From NCBI RefSeq assembly GCF_037042905.1, contig NC_087250.1, positions 21,392,001 to 21,456,000 of the forward strand: a DNA stretch of 64,000 bases, read 5' to 3'. Below the pieces are notes generated by a model. That model searched no databases, was not told the DNA's origin, and was given only the letters and a program-made list of their open reading frames with translations. This DNA comes from Lytechinus pictus. Taxonomy: Eukaryota. Numbering within the stretch: the first letter of the stretch is position 1; each line of letters opens with the position of its first letter. Positions 36,521 to 51,284 of the stretch are shown here, piece after piece. A program made the translations under genes and the position numbers.

Positions 36521-39399
36521 ATTAAAGCTCAAATTTGTTTCTCTATTGGAATTGTTACTTCCAACAGTCGAATGCATTGAGAAATCTGTTTCGATCCATG
36601 ACCGATACCATGGTTTGCTTTCAACCGATACATGCCGATAACCAATCAAGATCGTCGTCAAACGCTCAATCTGTTCTTAAGATAGGAGTATCAGCCATTT
36701 ACATTTGTTCTTTCATTCTTGTGATTTAAAGGGGTAGTGACAAACACTGACCAACACTTTGTGTGGTGTCTCATTGACTCTCTTTATGTTATAAGAATGA
36801 CTAGTTTAGAAGGGTTTTGCCACAAACACCTAAACCATGTAAACACAAAGTCCAATACCATACATGTACCTTATGTTAAATTAGACGAACTTATTAAGTT
36901 GATTTAGCAAATTATTCACTTCCTCTCTCTCCCACTCTCCCCCCACCTTTCCCTACAAACACCCAAGTACAAAATCCAACACAATGCAATAATTTTACTT
37001 TGGGATGTATGTTTTTATTCGTGTTATTGATCATTACAACGCGCCCTCTCGCGCTTGATATTAATTACTAATGCGTTCAGTCATTCTTTACACGATCGAT
37101 AGCAATACACGAAATAATTGAATAAGATTATGAATGTGGTACATCCTACTTCAATCAAGAAGAGCTGAAGGAAAACTCATTAATACAATTAAGTGAAATT
37201 GCTAGTGAAGGCTCTAACTCGTTCCAAACATCTGAGCACTGCTTGTATGATTGTATGAAATGACCGTCATACGTACGGATTGGTTTATATTAGTTCTTTG
37301 AAATTGTCACATTGTCTTTGTATTTTACAAGAAATCTTATAACCATGCGAAAAAAAAACATAGTGAAATATTTTTAATGTACTTGTCATATTGCGCTTTA
37401 AAGATTTATGCGCGCGAATAGTACTGTTATATTAAAAGAGCTAAACTCATTATTCATGTTTGTACATTTTCCATATGTCGTGGGTAGGACAGGAAAGAGC
37501 AGTCAAGACGCCAAAAGATTGAGTTGTAGTCGATCTTTTATTTTACAGCCAGATCAAAACGTCATGAAAACGAAACCAAAACGAACAAAAACCCTGCAAA
37601 GACATGATAAATACAATAAGTAAGTACACTGTGCTACAAGGCAGTCATATTCTGTAATATAGATCTTAGTATTGCATCGATAATAATATATATATGTTTT
37701 GTAGTAAGCTTAAGTGTTTCAACAAATATGAAATTTATAATTTCTCTAAATTCAATTTGTAAATGATAATGAAATATTCAGCTATAGCAATACCAGTTAT
37801 TCATTACCACTCTCATCTGTATCATCAAATCTGACTAGACTGTATATCTCGAGAACATCGTCACCCCGAATGTGACATGAAAATCCTCTGACTTGTTTCT
37901 CAATCGTTACTTCCTCGTTATCCTCTGATAACACTCGTCATCTTACAAGGCAAGAGCAAAATAAATTTGGAAATAAAAATCTAACTTGCAACCCTTACTC
38001 TTAACTCTTTAAACCTGAAATAACGCCTAAAAGTCAAATGAAATGCATACTGGAGGTAGGCCTACACATGTATATAATATATATATATAAGTGTGAGAGT
38101 ATTTAGAATCATTTAAGTACATAATTGGATATTACTTATTACTATTGATACAAGAACTGCCATTTTGAATAATCTATTACAATAAAGATACCTTATATTT
38201 TATAGAATCTTCAATGATCTGAAGCAAAAACTCTTATCAATCTTCAAATTCAAAACAAGACATAAATATATCATATCATCTTCTGGTCCATAGCAAAACT
38301 GTAATATTTACAAAACCTCATAAATAAACTCACTTGATTCAACAACTCCAACTCCTAAGGTCCTGTCACATTGTATTGTATTGTATTGTATTGTATTGTA
38401 TTTATTTAATCACGGTAAAACTTACATTCAGTCATAACAGACTGCTTTTCAACATTGCGATCATCATAATGGCATAAAACGAACAGCAAGCAGGCAGCTC
38501 AAAGATTAAATCAAAATTCAAATCACCAACCTGTACTCCAACATTCAAACACTAGGGCCCGTATTCTGAAGTCAAACCACGGTCACTCTGTGCTTGAATT
38601 ATAGGGAGTCGAAAATTATGTTTATATTGTATATCTCTTATGTTTGCTATTTAGCTTCTTTTTGCTATCACAATGAAGAAAAATACTTCAAAATACTTCA
38701 GTTATCATTCCCAGACAATTTGGGTGTATAGGAGTTAATAACAATTGAATGTGCACTTTTAGGGATTCGTGCCCCAATTGGCTCTCCATGCATAGTTGAA
38801 CCACAACTTTAAACCAGGGTTTAATTTAAACCTGAATTCAGAATACGGGCCTGATTATTTAGTATTTACAGACATAAAAATTGAATTCAAAAGATCATTT
38901 TTATCACATCTGATTTAAAGCACTATTAACATTGATACACTTCATATCGTGTTTACACAAAATGTAGAGTCAAAGTAGGCGTGGCATAAATACAGTGGGT
39001 CGGCCATCTCTAAATGTCACATTTCCACTATTAAACAAAATCTAAAACCACACAATCGATACAATTCAGATCTTCCAAATAAAGTATTAATCTTAACTTT
39101 TTGCAATCCTGATAATACACGAACCATACTTCAGCGAAAAATGCGCCCATACGGTACATTAAATTAAGCTGACTTTGCAGATTTATCATTTTCACATGCT
39201 CTTTAAAGAAACACACTTGTCATTAAACAAGTAATATATAATATTCAAGATTTCTAAAATCTTTCATACTTGAGAGTATTCGGTCTTATCCTCTAATGAA
39301 TTTTATCGTAATCACACATGTTCTTATTCAATAAAACAAATTGCCTTTATTATTTTAGACGGCTGAGAATTTCCAAACTACAGAAGTACTTTTGACATA

Positions 39400-40152
39400 G
39401 GGCCTTTTCACACGTGAATGAATCATTATTTCATTGATGATTGCAATTCGTCTTTAGAATCATCCGACCTTTCACACGTCAATCGAAAACTGATTTAAAT
39501 TCCAATTCCGGCCAAGCGAAGGTGTCTTTGGTGACTTGTCAATCAAAGCACTGCATCGATACGATGAGTGTATGACGATTGTATTATCTACGGAAGTGCT
39601 TGAAAGGACACGTAAGCTCCGCCCCCGAAGGATGTTTTGGAGGTCAAGCCTTTCACGCGTAAAATTCGTACCGTCATTGTAGTGAAACTTAACTGGAATT
39701 CACATCCGGGGTAGAATTTGAATTCGTGATTTGCGTTCGTGGTTATAGTTTGGTTTCACACGTGCTAAACATTCGCCATTAGTCATATTTTTCACTGGAA
39801 TCATCATTCAAATTATGATATTGTTCTGTCGTGTGAAAGGGCGGGTTGAGTACCAAATATTACTGATTGAAACGCCTCACATACTTGGCTGCCCAAGTGC
39901 ATGCCAATCTACATGTTAAATACTTGCACCTGCTCTAAAAATGTATGCCGTTCAGAGAACCATTAGCCGCCCTTTCACACGGTAAAAAAGTAATTTGAAT
40001 GATTCCAGTGAAAAACAGGGGCAATGACGAATATTTAGCACGTGTGAAACCTACCTAGAACCTGTTTAGAATCACGAACGATAATCACAGTCACGATTAC
40101 AATAGCAATCATCATTATAATGATGATTAAAGATTTACGTGTGAAAGGCCTT
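39400..40152. mobile_element. Two related TTTCACACG..CGTGTGAAAGG MITEs in opposite orientation (~39400-39843 and ~39966-40152)
   Basis: GGGCCTTTTCACACG...CGTGTGAAAGGGCGG and CCGCCCTTTCACACG...CGTGTGAAAGGCC. Confidence 0.65.
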
Positions 40153-41399
40153 AAGTTAACACAAACAAATCTCTGCACTGCATTATCGTTGTTTTGCATA
40201 CCCCTGTAGCTATCCTTAGAATCTAATAAACGATCCAGTTTAAAGTGCACTGCAGTCTTATAAACAGTAAAAAGGTGTAGGTCTGTAAGTACAAGCAAGC
40301 ATAATTCCAACCCCCGACACTGAAAATTATAACTTACACCACCACAAACTTTTTCACGACTCATTAATTACTAGCAACGTGTTAACTGCTATGATTACAT
40401 CGCTAGAAAAAAAATACACCATGTCCTGTAGTTCAAAACCATTATAACTTCAAACATTTGACAAGAAGTATGCATTTTCGAGAATACATTTTTTCTTCAG
40501 ATATGTTATAAATGTAATTCTCTGCTTTTATGACGAATAATTTTGTATAATTCATATTGAAAATTATATGTTATGAAAATTGAAAAATGAATGTTTATTT
40601 GAATTGAATTGAAAATATTAATCATATCCGCTTTTCTGCAATTATTATACTGTCGGTTAAACTGTTACGTAATCAGGCCAACTTGTATTATGAACTCCAC
40701 TGAAGTTTGAAAATGAGAACATTTATATTAACACTAATTTCATAATTATACATACAATGTATAATCCATGTTACAAGCATATCGTATGCCGATATTTACT
40801 TTTTTTTTAACAGGGTAGCCCCATCAGTAGTGACAAGGCTGTTATACTAGGAGGCCCTGCATAACATAAAACACATATACAATACATAAATATACATGAA
40901 AAAACCATCCAATGGTGATATGAAAGATCTGTACAAAATGTTATTTGATGCTACTTGTCAACGAGTAATAATAGAAAACAAATATTTACAACATAATAGT
41001 TATTGATGAATACAATACATTTTCATCTTTGGTTAAATTAAGATAAACGAAAATACATGTATAATAAACAAACAGTTCATTTTAAGGCTACTAACAAATA
41101 AGTGTAAGAAGATAAAAGACATTCGGTAGGAGCAAATCGGGTCTAAAGTAGTCATATTACTTATTATATTATAATAAGCTGCTTTTAGAAATAATATTAG
41201 TGAATATTATAGTAGCTATCTCTACAAGATTGGGCAAACAAACCATAAAGGCATGGAACATAGCAGTTGATCGGATTTGACGAGTTCTTGTGTTGAGTCA
41301 GCGTCTAAATCCATTCCATGGCGTGGTACTATTAACCTGCTTGCATTCGGCTTTGATGGCGCACGTAGGATTCAGCTTCACTCTCATCATGCTCATCGC

Positions 41400-41447
41400 T
41401 CAATCGATGTGGGGAATGGAGTAGTCTTTAGAAATAACAAAACCATC
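41400..41447 (-). CDS. NLR gene, probable terminal coding exon (DGFVISKDYSIPHID*)
   Basis: tgtctcgttttAG|GATGGT acceptor, phase 0, TGA at 41402-41400. It is short, so the assignment rests on splice signal and phase only. Confidence 0.5.
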   Translation of the reverse strand, partial: DGFVISKDYSIPHID

Positions 41448-42470
41448 CTAAAACGAGACACAAAACATATAAATGCTACCGAGATAAACAACATTCATTA
41501 GTGATGACACATTTTTCAATTTGTATATGATTTTTAACGTAACGGTACAGGGTACTATTTTTTTGGTTGATATACATTGGTTTTGATAATTATACACCCC
41601 TTGTTTTTGTTGCCTCCTTCATTTGGTTGTAACCCTCGTCCAATTCGGAGCCCACGCCCATATCCCTGGGAAGCGCAGGTGCTGGGTGCTGAAGCGCCCT
41701 AATATCTATTTTATTTATTTATTTATTTAATTTATTTATTGATTTAAATATTGATTTATTTATTATCATTATTATTACTTTTCTGGGGGGGGGGGGGGTG
41801 CTGTGTATGTTATACACCATAGGCAATTCCCCCTGAAAACCACTTGGTGTGCAAATTGTAAAATACTTATTTCATCTAAAAAATAGTTCCCATGTCCCTG
41901 TCCATTCCCCTTTTTATCAAATGTTCCTACCGTCCCCTATCTCGCTAATTTGTTTAATATATCTTCATTTCGTCTATATCTTTTTATTCGTCTGCCGGTT
42001 ATTGCGCTTACAATTCTCTTTATAGTATCATTTTAATCTACAATATGATTATACGATCAGATAAATAATTTTCTTTTGATAAAATGGAAAAGCGAAATAT
42101 AGAATATTGGGAAAATAGGTTAGATGTTTGCTTCCTTTTGTTAGTTTCGTTTCGATTTTCAATTTTTATTTTCACGGAGCGATAACGGGAAAAAATGTAA
42201 ACAAAACGAAACTTTTGTTTTGGTTTTAGCTATTGATTCTTCAATTCTTACTTTATTTTGGTGAAATGAAACTTAAATGGTCTTAAGGCACAGACACTTG
42301 TTCTTTTTTGCATAGTGCAGGGTCTGAAGCAGTTAGGCTAAAATCAATAAGTTCTGTGACTGACTCTACTCTCATTTCACGCAAGATTGGGGTCAGTGCT
42401 TGCAGACTAATATCTTAATGGTCATTTCTGGGGTTATCCTTACTTTGATCTTGTTTCTAGAAATTGGAAA

Positions 42471-45009
42471 CTTAGTCCCTCCTATATCAAAATGCTGTAA
42501 TTTTGAATGGAATAATTTTGAGATATAATATTTCGTAGGTGGTTTTCTAGAGTCATAAAGCAACTCTTGGGGAAAATAAAATCGATCGGTTTATTCATGC
42601 ATGGGTAATCAAAGATTGAATTAAAAATTATATTTTTCACAGTCACAAGTTTTTTCATCAGATTATGTAAATACAAAGTTGGGTGAATGCTTTTCTTTTG
42701 TGGTGAGTTTTATGGTGCTTATGATGTTTCACTATCCATCATTTAGCCACTCTACATACAATTTTGATAGCGTCTGTTCATGGTTAAGTGAGCACATTTT
42801 TGTGACGCATCATCATAGGGTTTTATGGTAGTATCCTCTATAACTTAAAAAAATACACGTAAGAATTGAAAAGTGTTAGTGGCTCCCCTCCCCCAATTTC
42901 TCGCCCCCCTCCCCATTTTCAAATTCTGAATCCACCACTGATTTGTCCATAAATTTAACTGATCCTGAGAAATTGTTAGGAAATGGATGCATTTATGCTA
43001 CACAAGAGTATTCATTCCTAAGTTTTCAAGTGTAAAAACTTCAGAAAGTGTGCGGTGATAAAAATGACTGAAGATAAAACCAACAGCAATCAAATCACAT
43101 TTGAAACGGAATTTGCCCCTTTATAACCCCGCAAAATAACTGTGACATTGAAAATGCATTTTTTCCCTCTTTGATGCGTGCTCATCATCCATGCTTAAAT
43201 AAACAAATCGATTTCATTTTTGCACAGAATTCCGCCCACAGGTTGATAAACATTACTGTCAAATGACATTGATTAAGACAGCTTTGAAAGAAAGTTCCAC
43301 CATATTAAATGAGGGGTTACTTATTCTTAAAGGTCCTATGACACCAATTCCATCTCATCTAGATACATATCTATTATTAGGTAGTTTTACTTGAAAAATA
43401 CGAATTTGCCATCGGTTCCTGTGTACGACGAACTGGTGTTGAGTTATTCCATGGACATGATGGAAATTAACTTCAACGGGAACGCCCACTAAAATTTTCG
43501 AAAGAGTCCGACCGATCGACCTGTCAATCATTGTGACGTCATCGAAGGAAGGCTTTCCCAGCTGTGCAGCCGGACCCCTAGTTATTGTACACGTTCCTCG
43601 TGTAGTTGCTGTTTCGAACGAGCTCATCCTTAACGGATTTTTAAAGATTTTTATGATGTTTTGATCATGGCTGCAGCATCGTCATCAGCTGTGTCTGATT
43701 CTTCAGACTTTGAAGATTCAGGTTCTGAATATTATTCCAGCAATTCAATTTATCTACTTTGGATCCACATGTGCAACCGCAATAAACACTTCACGCTCCA
43801 AACGTGAACAACACTCAGCAGCTTCCTTCCCTGACGTCATAATTGTCACGTGATATATACGAAACCAAATCTGGCTGAATTTTTGTGGGAGGGGCGAATT
43901 TGGCTCAATTTTCAATATAAAACTGCCTTTGAACCTGATGTGGGATATTTTTCAGGTAAAATTTTGATGGAATCGTAATTAGTAACTACTAAGCTAACGA
44001 ATAAGTCAGCATCTTTGCTGTATTTCATGGCACCTTTAAACATATTCACCCATAGTGTACAAAATGTATATGACAGAGGAAACCCAAATTTTAATAAAAT
44101 GGAAATGAGGGTTTGTTTCATAGACGGTTTTTGTTACTTTTGGCAACTTTTTTCCATGAAACTTTGCCCATGGCATCAGTGTGACACTATCCAAAAAAGT
44201 GCGCACACTAAAATAATCATTCGGTACAGCACAGAGTGAGAACAAGGCCTTGAACTTTCTTCGTTTTTGCATAATTTTCGAATATATTGTGCTCACTGAA
44301 GCATAAGGCACCGGGATTTCATAAAAATCATATCAAATGAACTATGCAAGAAGGTTTGTGACAGATATCCATAGTTAGCAATTGCATTTTTCCCAATAGA
44401 GTAAAAAAAAGAGCTATTCACATTCCTCATGTTCATTCAAGCGGGAATGTTTAATTTAAACGCCTTTGAATCACTGAAACATGTTAATTTGTCATGAACG
44501 TAACGAAAAAAAGTTGATAAGATAATTTCAGTTCCCATAATAAAACAGTACTTGCCTATGATATGTGTTGACGATACTCTTCCCAAAAATAATTGTCATC
44601 TTGTCATCATATTCGATCATTTTTATCGATAGAAATGTGTAAAAAAAATCAAATTATAGCAAATTTTGAATTGTGTTTATTCAACCGTGAAATTTAGCAA
44701 AAAGAAAGTTGTACGGTCTTTTAGAAAGTATATTTTTCAAGCCATCTGACGATTTTCGTGATGAAAATGTAAAATTCGTTCCAATAAAGTGGAATCAAAG
44801 TCATGATATTTGGCTCGCGACTTTTAAAAAGTGACAATTTTGCCTCCTTACGGTGCTCACTAAAGCATGGCATAAAGTACGTCCGTAACATTCACTCTGA
44901 GGGTAGCTTATAAAATTACCTACACGCTCATGTAAAAATATATCGAGCTCTCTCAGTGGTTCGGAAATTATTGATGTTTGTCTAAGGAGGGACTTATTTT
45001 TTTGTTGTG
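42471..45009. mobile_element. Second, diverged copy of the 4803-6863 element, in the last NLR intron
   Basis: Colinear throughout. Right TIR GGGACTTATTTTTTTGTTGTG|TA is present and the left TIR is eroded. Confidence 0.85.
43331..44035. mobile_element. TTAA-TSD insertion (Kolobok-like) nested in 42471-45009
   Basis: TTAA|AGGTCCTATGA...TCATGGCACCT|TTAA. The empty site TTATTCTTAAACATAT is at ~5855. Confidence 0.8.
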
Positions 45010-46729
45010 TATTATTTCAACTCTGCCTTCTTTTTCTTATTTTCTTCACAAAGAGATAATAGAATGTCTTTCGTTTTGCAATGTTGCTTATTTTTTGCAT
45101 TTCAAATTCAAATTCAAATTCATTTACAACGTGAAACAAGTATGGACTGCATTTTTTTCTGTGGTGAGAAGTTTTGGTAATTGGTTAGCTAATAGAAATA
45201 AGACAGGTGGGAACTCATGCACTACATGCCCGAAAAAATAAAACGAAAAAGGAATTATCAATGTCTTATATAATGTAACACAATGAATGGCATAATCCTT
45301 TTCATGATTAAAAATAATTATTAATCATGTCATTCATCGGGGGTATGTAGTTTACGAAAACAACATCACATGTCCCGAAGATACCATAGTTGTTGTTTCT
45401 CACTGGAAATGACAATCGATAGAAAAGATGATAACGAGTGGTAATATTCTATTTGTTTCATATAATATTGTATTTACATACTATATTTAAACGAATGTTT
45501 ATTTACCGATGGCCATTTGTAGTTCGTGCCTATAATGTAGATTTTCTATGATCATCACACGATGTATCAATTTACGTTTTTATGGGGGATTGTAGGCCGC
45601 CACGGGCTATAATTTTTTGCGTGTGTGTGTGCGTTTATATTGTTTAAAGTCATCTTTTGAATGTACATGCTTGACATCGTAGATGGCCGAATAAAAGCCA
45701 TCATGAGACAACGATCGTTATAACAATCTCACGCAGAAAATACAATAAGTATAGCATCACCAATCAAGCACCCTTAAGTTCGCTGTTCGTTACAACATAA
45801 TTATGCAATTTGCAAGTCATAATTGTGATCGAGTTATGACTTCGATTTTCCTCCCTCAGGTTAAGTATATAACGCTTGATAGTTACGTTTTACTGGTATA
45901 GGATCGGTTTAATGTTAACTTGCATGAACGGAATATTTATATGTGGGGCTATGGACCGACTACGATAAGAAATATTCTGACTTTTATCCCTTTCCCTTCC
46001 CTTCATTTCGCTTTCCCCCTTTGACCTTTTCCTTACATTGAATATATAGCGAATTATATGTTAAAACGCGATAACCCCACATTCAAGGCTTATACATGTA
46101 CCATACTGGGTGCTTTTTGTTTCTTAATAAAAAAATGCTTCAATTCCTCATTGTCGTTGGAGTATGCTAAGAATTAAAGGTAAAATTGATTAACGCGCTT
46201 TGCCTGCTTTCAATTCAATTTATTTCACATTTGCATAAGACGACAATACATATAATTACAGTGATAAAAGGCATATAATACATAAGATCACACAAAATAC
46301 CGAGAATACAAATGTGTGGAAACTAACAAAGGCCAACGGCATATCAAAGGCAAATCCCAAACTGTTGCAAACGGAAAAAGGGCTTTAAAACAGAACTTAC
46401 CTAGGCAAAGACACCAAAAACAACACAACGGCTTTTTTTGTAAAAAAAATCTTATAAATTGTTAGGAAACAATTTACGAATTCATACGAAATTCTATGTA
46501 TTTTCGTTGAAAAGAGTTGAGTGAATTATGAATCAGAGAAGAGCTGCTACTACTACACATTAGATTTCAAATTGCGTTAATTTAATCTTTCACTGTTGGA
46601 TTGTCTTCCGATTTATCCTGACACGTACATGCTTTACCTATGGCACGCCCATAGGGAAACAATTATATATATATTTCACTTGAAAAAAATATGTTTTTCT
46701 TCTACTAAACCATTTCACTCAAAGAAATT

Positions 46730-47200
46730 TATATTTCACTTTTCAAAAAAATATATTTCACTTTTATAAAAAAAATATATTTCACTTTTCAAAAAAATAT
46801 ATTTCACTTTTCAAAAAAAATATATTTCACTTTTCAAAAAAATGTATTTCACTTTTCAAAAAAATATATTTCACTTTTCAAAAAAAAATATATTTCACTT
46901 TTCCAAAAAATATATTTCACTTTTCAAAAAAAAAATATTTCACTTTTCAAAAAAATATATTTCACTTTTCAAAAAAATATATTTCACTTTTCAAAAAAAT
47001 ATATTTCACTTTTCAAAAAAATATATTTCACTTTTCAAAAAAATATATATTTCACTTTTCAAAAAAATATATTTCACTTTTCGAAAAAAATATATTTCAC
47101 TTTTCAAAAAAATATATTTCACTTTTCAAAAAAGTATATTTCACTTTTCAAAAAATAATATATTTCACTTTTCCAAAAAAAATATGTTTCACTTTTGAAA
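46730..47200 (+). repeat. ~22-bp minisatellite (ATATATTTCACTTTTCAAAAAA)n, left arm
   Basis: About 20 directly visible units with variable A-run length. Confidence 0.95.
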
Positions 47201-47304
47201 AGAATCATTTCACTTGTTACATTTTAATTTTGAAAGAAAACAAATCCTTTCACTTTTGTTGGATATCACATGCGGCTGCCGTATTAGACCGTACGTAAAA
47301 TTCA

Positions 47305-47645
47305 TCTATCTATCTATCTACCTACATGATATATCTATCTATCTCTCTGCCTAATATATATCTATCTGTTTAAATCTATCTATCTATCCATCTATCTGTC
47401 TGTCTATTTATCTATCTATCTCTCGAACTATTTATTTTTCTATCTATCTAACAATTATCTGTTTAAATATGTCTGTCTATCTATCTATCTGTCTGTCTCT
47501 TTATCTATCTAATATCTATTTATTTATTTTAATATGTCTATATCTGTTTATTTATCATTCAATCTATCTATCTATCTAATGATTTATCCGGCTGTTTAAA
47601 TGTCTGTATATCTGTCTTAATTTCTATCTATCTGCCTATTTATCT

Positions 47646-47685
<40 letters not shown>

Positions 47686-48340
47686 ATATCTATCTATCTA
47701 TCTTATAAGTCTATCTGTTCAAAATATGTATGTCTATCTGTATGTCTACCTTTTATCTTTCAATCTAATATCTATTGATCTGTGCAAATAATCATGTCTG
47801 TTTATTTATCTGTTTATCTATTTAATATCTATCTATTAAATCTGTTAAATATGTTATTCTATCTGTCTATCTATCAATAAATATATCAATCTATTTTCTC
47901 TCTATCTATATATCTATCCATCTGTTTATCTATCTGCGTATGTATCTATGTATTTATCTGTCTCTGAATCTATGTGTATATCAAATATAATATCATAATC
48001 ACCGTTATCATCATCATCATATTTGCCATCAATCATCAGCATCATCCTCCTCATCGTATTTTTTATCATCAATCAATATCTATCTAATGTCTATCTGTCT
48101 ATCTATCTAATACCTATTTATCTGTTTATATCTATCTATATATTAATCCCTTTTATTAATATATATCTATCTTCTATTGATCAATCCACCTATCATTTAT
48201 CTCTCCATCCATCGATCTATCTATCTATTTATCTATCTTTCTTATACGTATCTGTTTAAATATGTATGTCTATCTGTCTGTCTATTTATCTTTCATACTT
48301 ATATCCACTCATTTGTATAAATAATTATGTCTGTTTATCT
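47305..48340 (+). repeat. Degenerate (TATC)n region, mirrored as (GATA)n at ~50130-51178
   Basis: Low-complexity tract whose individual interruptions are reproduced in the opposite arm. Confidence 0.9.
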
Positions 48341-50784
48341 ACGACCAACCACCTAATTCGTCCGCACGACGAATTAAAATCTAGTTTCTTTTTCACTTGT
48401 TACATTTTAAATCTGAGAGAAAACAAATCCTTTCACTTTTGTTGGATAACACATACGACGGCGGCTGCCGTATTAGACTGTACGTAAAATTCATTCCTCA
48501 CGTAAAAATCCATTCCTCTCGCTACGTAAAACATTTCACTCTTGTTGCAAAATTCATTTCACTCAATTGCAAAAAATACGTTCCTCTTTTTTCTCGGCCT
48601 GTAGGCGGCGCGCTTCATTGTTGGTGGGAAATAGAGATGGTTGCAAAATTTTCGCTGTGCTGAGGGGAGAAATCATGAAAGCGGTTGCAACTCACAAAAT
48701 GACAAGGATATGGGGATATCAGCGAACGCAATTACGTCACTTTCCCACGTGCACGAGAATGCACCACGAGGTGGGCCCATGAACACAAAACGTAAAGTTT
48801 GATTTTATCGCTGATTATGCACAATAGCCAGTGCAATCAGCCGTTGCATTCTGCCCTACGATCAATCACTAACCTTAGCACGGTCTGGCTATACGTTTTG
48901 TAGGCATGGGGCATGAATACTTTATACATACACTATCTACAGAGCTGAATGGTCAAGGTAAGTGTTGAAATTTCCCTTTTCTCCATTCCGTCTGTCTTTT
49001 ACTTCATTGACATACGATGATCGTAATGATTGATTAAATGAAGCTTACAAAGAGCTACAATTCACTGGTCAACTCGCTTGTACCTGCACTGCAAAACCAA
49101 ATTCTCTCCAGTTTGTCCGAGACATGAATGGGGGGTTTTCCAATGCTACTCTCAGAACGGGCAGTACTTCACCGTCTTTTGAACAGACATGAAAAGTGAG
49201 TATACGGGACTGAAGTTAAGTGATGACGTCATCGCTCAACCCTAAAAATTTGGTGTTAGCCGAGAATGTCCACCGAAAGCGATGACGTCTTCACCCATTC
49301 AGTCATGTATGCTTTACCGCCTATGTCTGGTTTGAAGAAGCACTGCCCGTGACAAAATGGTGAGAATTTGGTTTTGCAACGGAAGTACAAGCGAGTTGAC
49401 CAGTGAAATGTAGCCTTTTGTAAGCTTCATTTCATCAATCATCGCGATTATCGTATGTCAATGAAGTAAAAGACAGACGGAATGGAGAAAAGGGAAATTT
49501 CAACACCTTGTCCATTTAGCTCCGAAGATAGTGTAGTGCCATGCGTGGAGCTATTCATGCTTCATATCATGCCTACAAAACGTTAGTGATTGATCGTAGG
49601 GCAGAATGCAACAGCTGATTGCACTGGCTATTGTGCATAATCAGCAATAAAATCAAACTTTATGTTTTGTGTTCATGGGCCCACCTCGTGGTGTATATTC
49701 TCGGGCACGCGTGGGAAAGTGTTGTAATTGGGTTCGCTGGTATTCCCATATCCTTGTCATTTTGTGTGTTGCAACCGGATTCATGATTTCTCCCCTCAGC
49801 AGAGCGAAAATTTTGCAACCATCTCTGTTACCTCGTCCTGACAACAATGATGTGCGCCGCCTACAGGCCGAAAAAAAAGAGGAACGTATTTTTTTGCAAT
49901 TGAGTGAAATGAATTTTGCAACAAGAGTGAAATGTTTTACGTAGCGAGAGGAATGGATTTTTACGTGAGGAATGAATTTTACGTACAGTCTAATACGGCA
50001 GCCGCCGTCGTATGTGTTATCCAACAAAAGTGAAAGGATTTGTTTTCTCTCAGATTTAAAATGTAACAAGTGAAAAAGAAACTAGATTTTAATTCGTCGT
50101 GCGGACGAATTAGGTGGTCGGTCGTAGATAAACAGACATAATTATTTATACAAATGAGTGGATATAAGTATGAAAGATAAATAGACAGACAGATAGACAT
50201 ACATATTTAAACAGATACGTATAAGAAAGATAGATAAATAGATAGATAGATCGATGGATGGAGAGATAAATGATAGGTGGATTGATCAATAGAAGATAGA
50301 TATATATTAATAAAAGGGATTAATATATAGATAGATATAAACAGATAAATAGGTATTAGATAGATAGACAGATAGACATTAGATAGATATTGATTGATGA
50401 TAAAAAATACGATGAGGAGGATGATGCTGATGATTGATGGCAAATATGATGATGATGATAACGGTGATTATGATATTATATTTGATATACACATAGATTC
50501 AGAGACAGATAGATACATAGATACATACGCAGATAGATAAACAGATGGATAGATATATAGATAGAGAGAAAATAGATTGATATATTTATTGATAGATAGA
50601 CAGATAGAATAACATATTTAACATATTTAATAGATAGATATTAAATAGATAAACAGATAAATAAACAGACATGATTATTTGCACAGATCAATATATATTA
50701 GATTGAAAGATAAAAGGTAGACATACAGATAGACATACATATTTTGAACAGATAGACTTATAAGATAGATAGATAGATAGATAT

Positions 50785-50832
<48 letters not shown>

Positions 50833-51284
50833 AGATAAATATGCAGATAGATAGAAATTAAGACAGATATACAGACATTTAAACAGCCGGATAAATCATT
50901 AGATAGATAGATAGATTGAATGATAAATAAACAGATATAGACATATTAAAATAAATAAATAGATATTAGATAGATAAAGAGACAGACAGATAGATAGATA
51001 GACAGACATATTTAAACAGATAATTGTTAGATAGATAGAAAAATAAATAGTTCGAGAGATAGATAGATAAATAGACAGACAGATAGATGGATAGATAGAT
51101 AGATTTAAACAGATAGATATATATTAGGCAGAGAGATAGATAGATATATCATGTAGGTAGATAGATAGATAGATAGATGAATTTTACGTACGGTCTAATA
51201 CGGCAGCCGCATGTGATATCCAACAAAAGTGAAAGGATTTGTTTTCTTTCAAAATTAAAATGTAACAAGTGAAATGATTCTTTT

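Noticed and set aside
46842..47198. 118-aa ORF
   Set aside because: It is a translation of the 22-bp minisatellite.
48023..50443. Mirrored ORF pairs such as 48023/50443 and 48397/50069
   Set aside because: Products of the palindrome and low-complexity sequence, with no recognisable domain and differing frames between arms.
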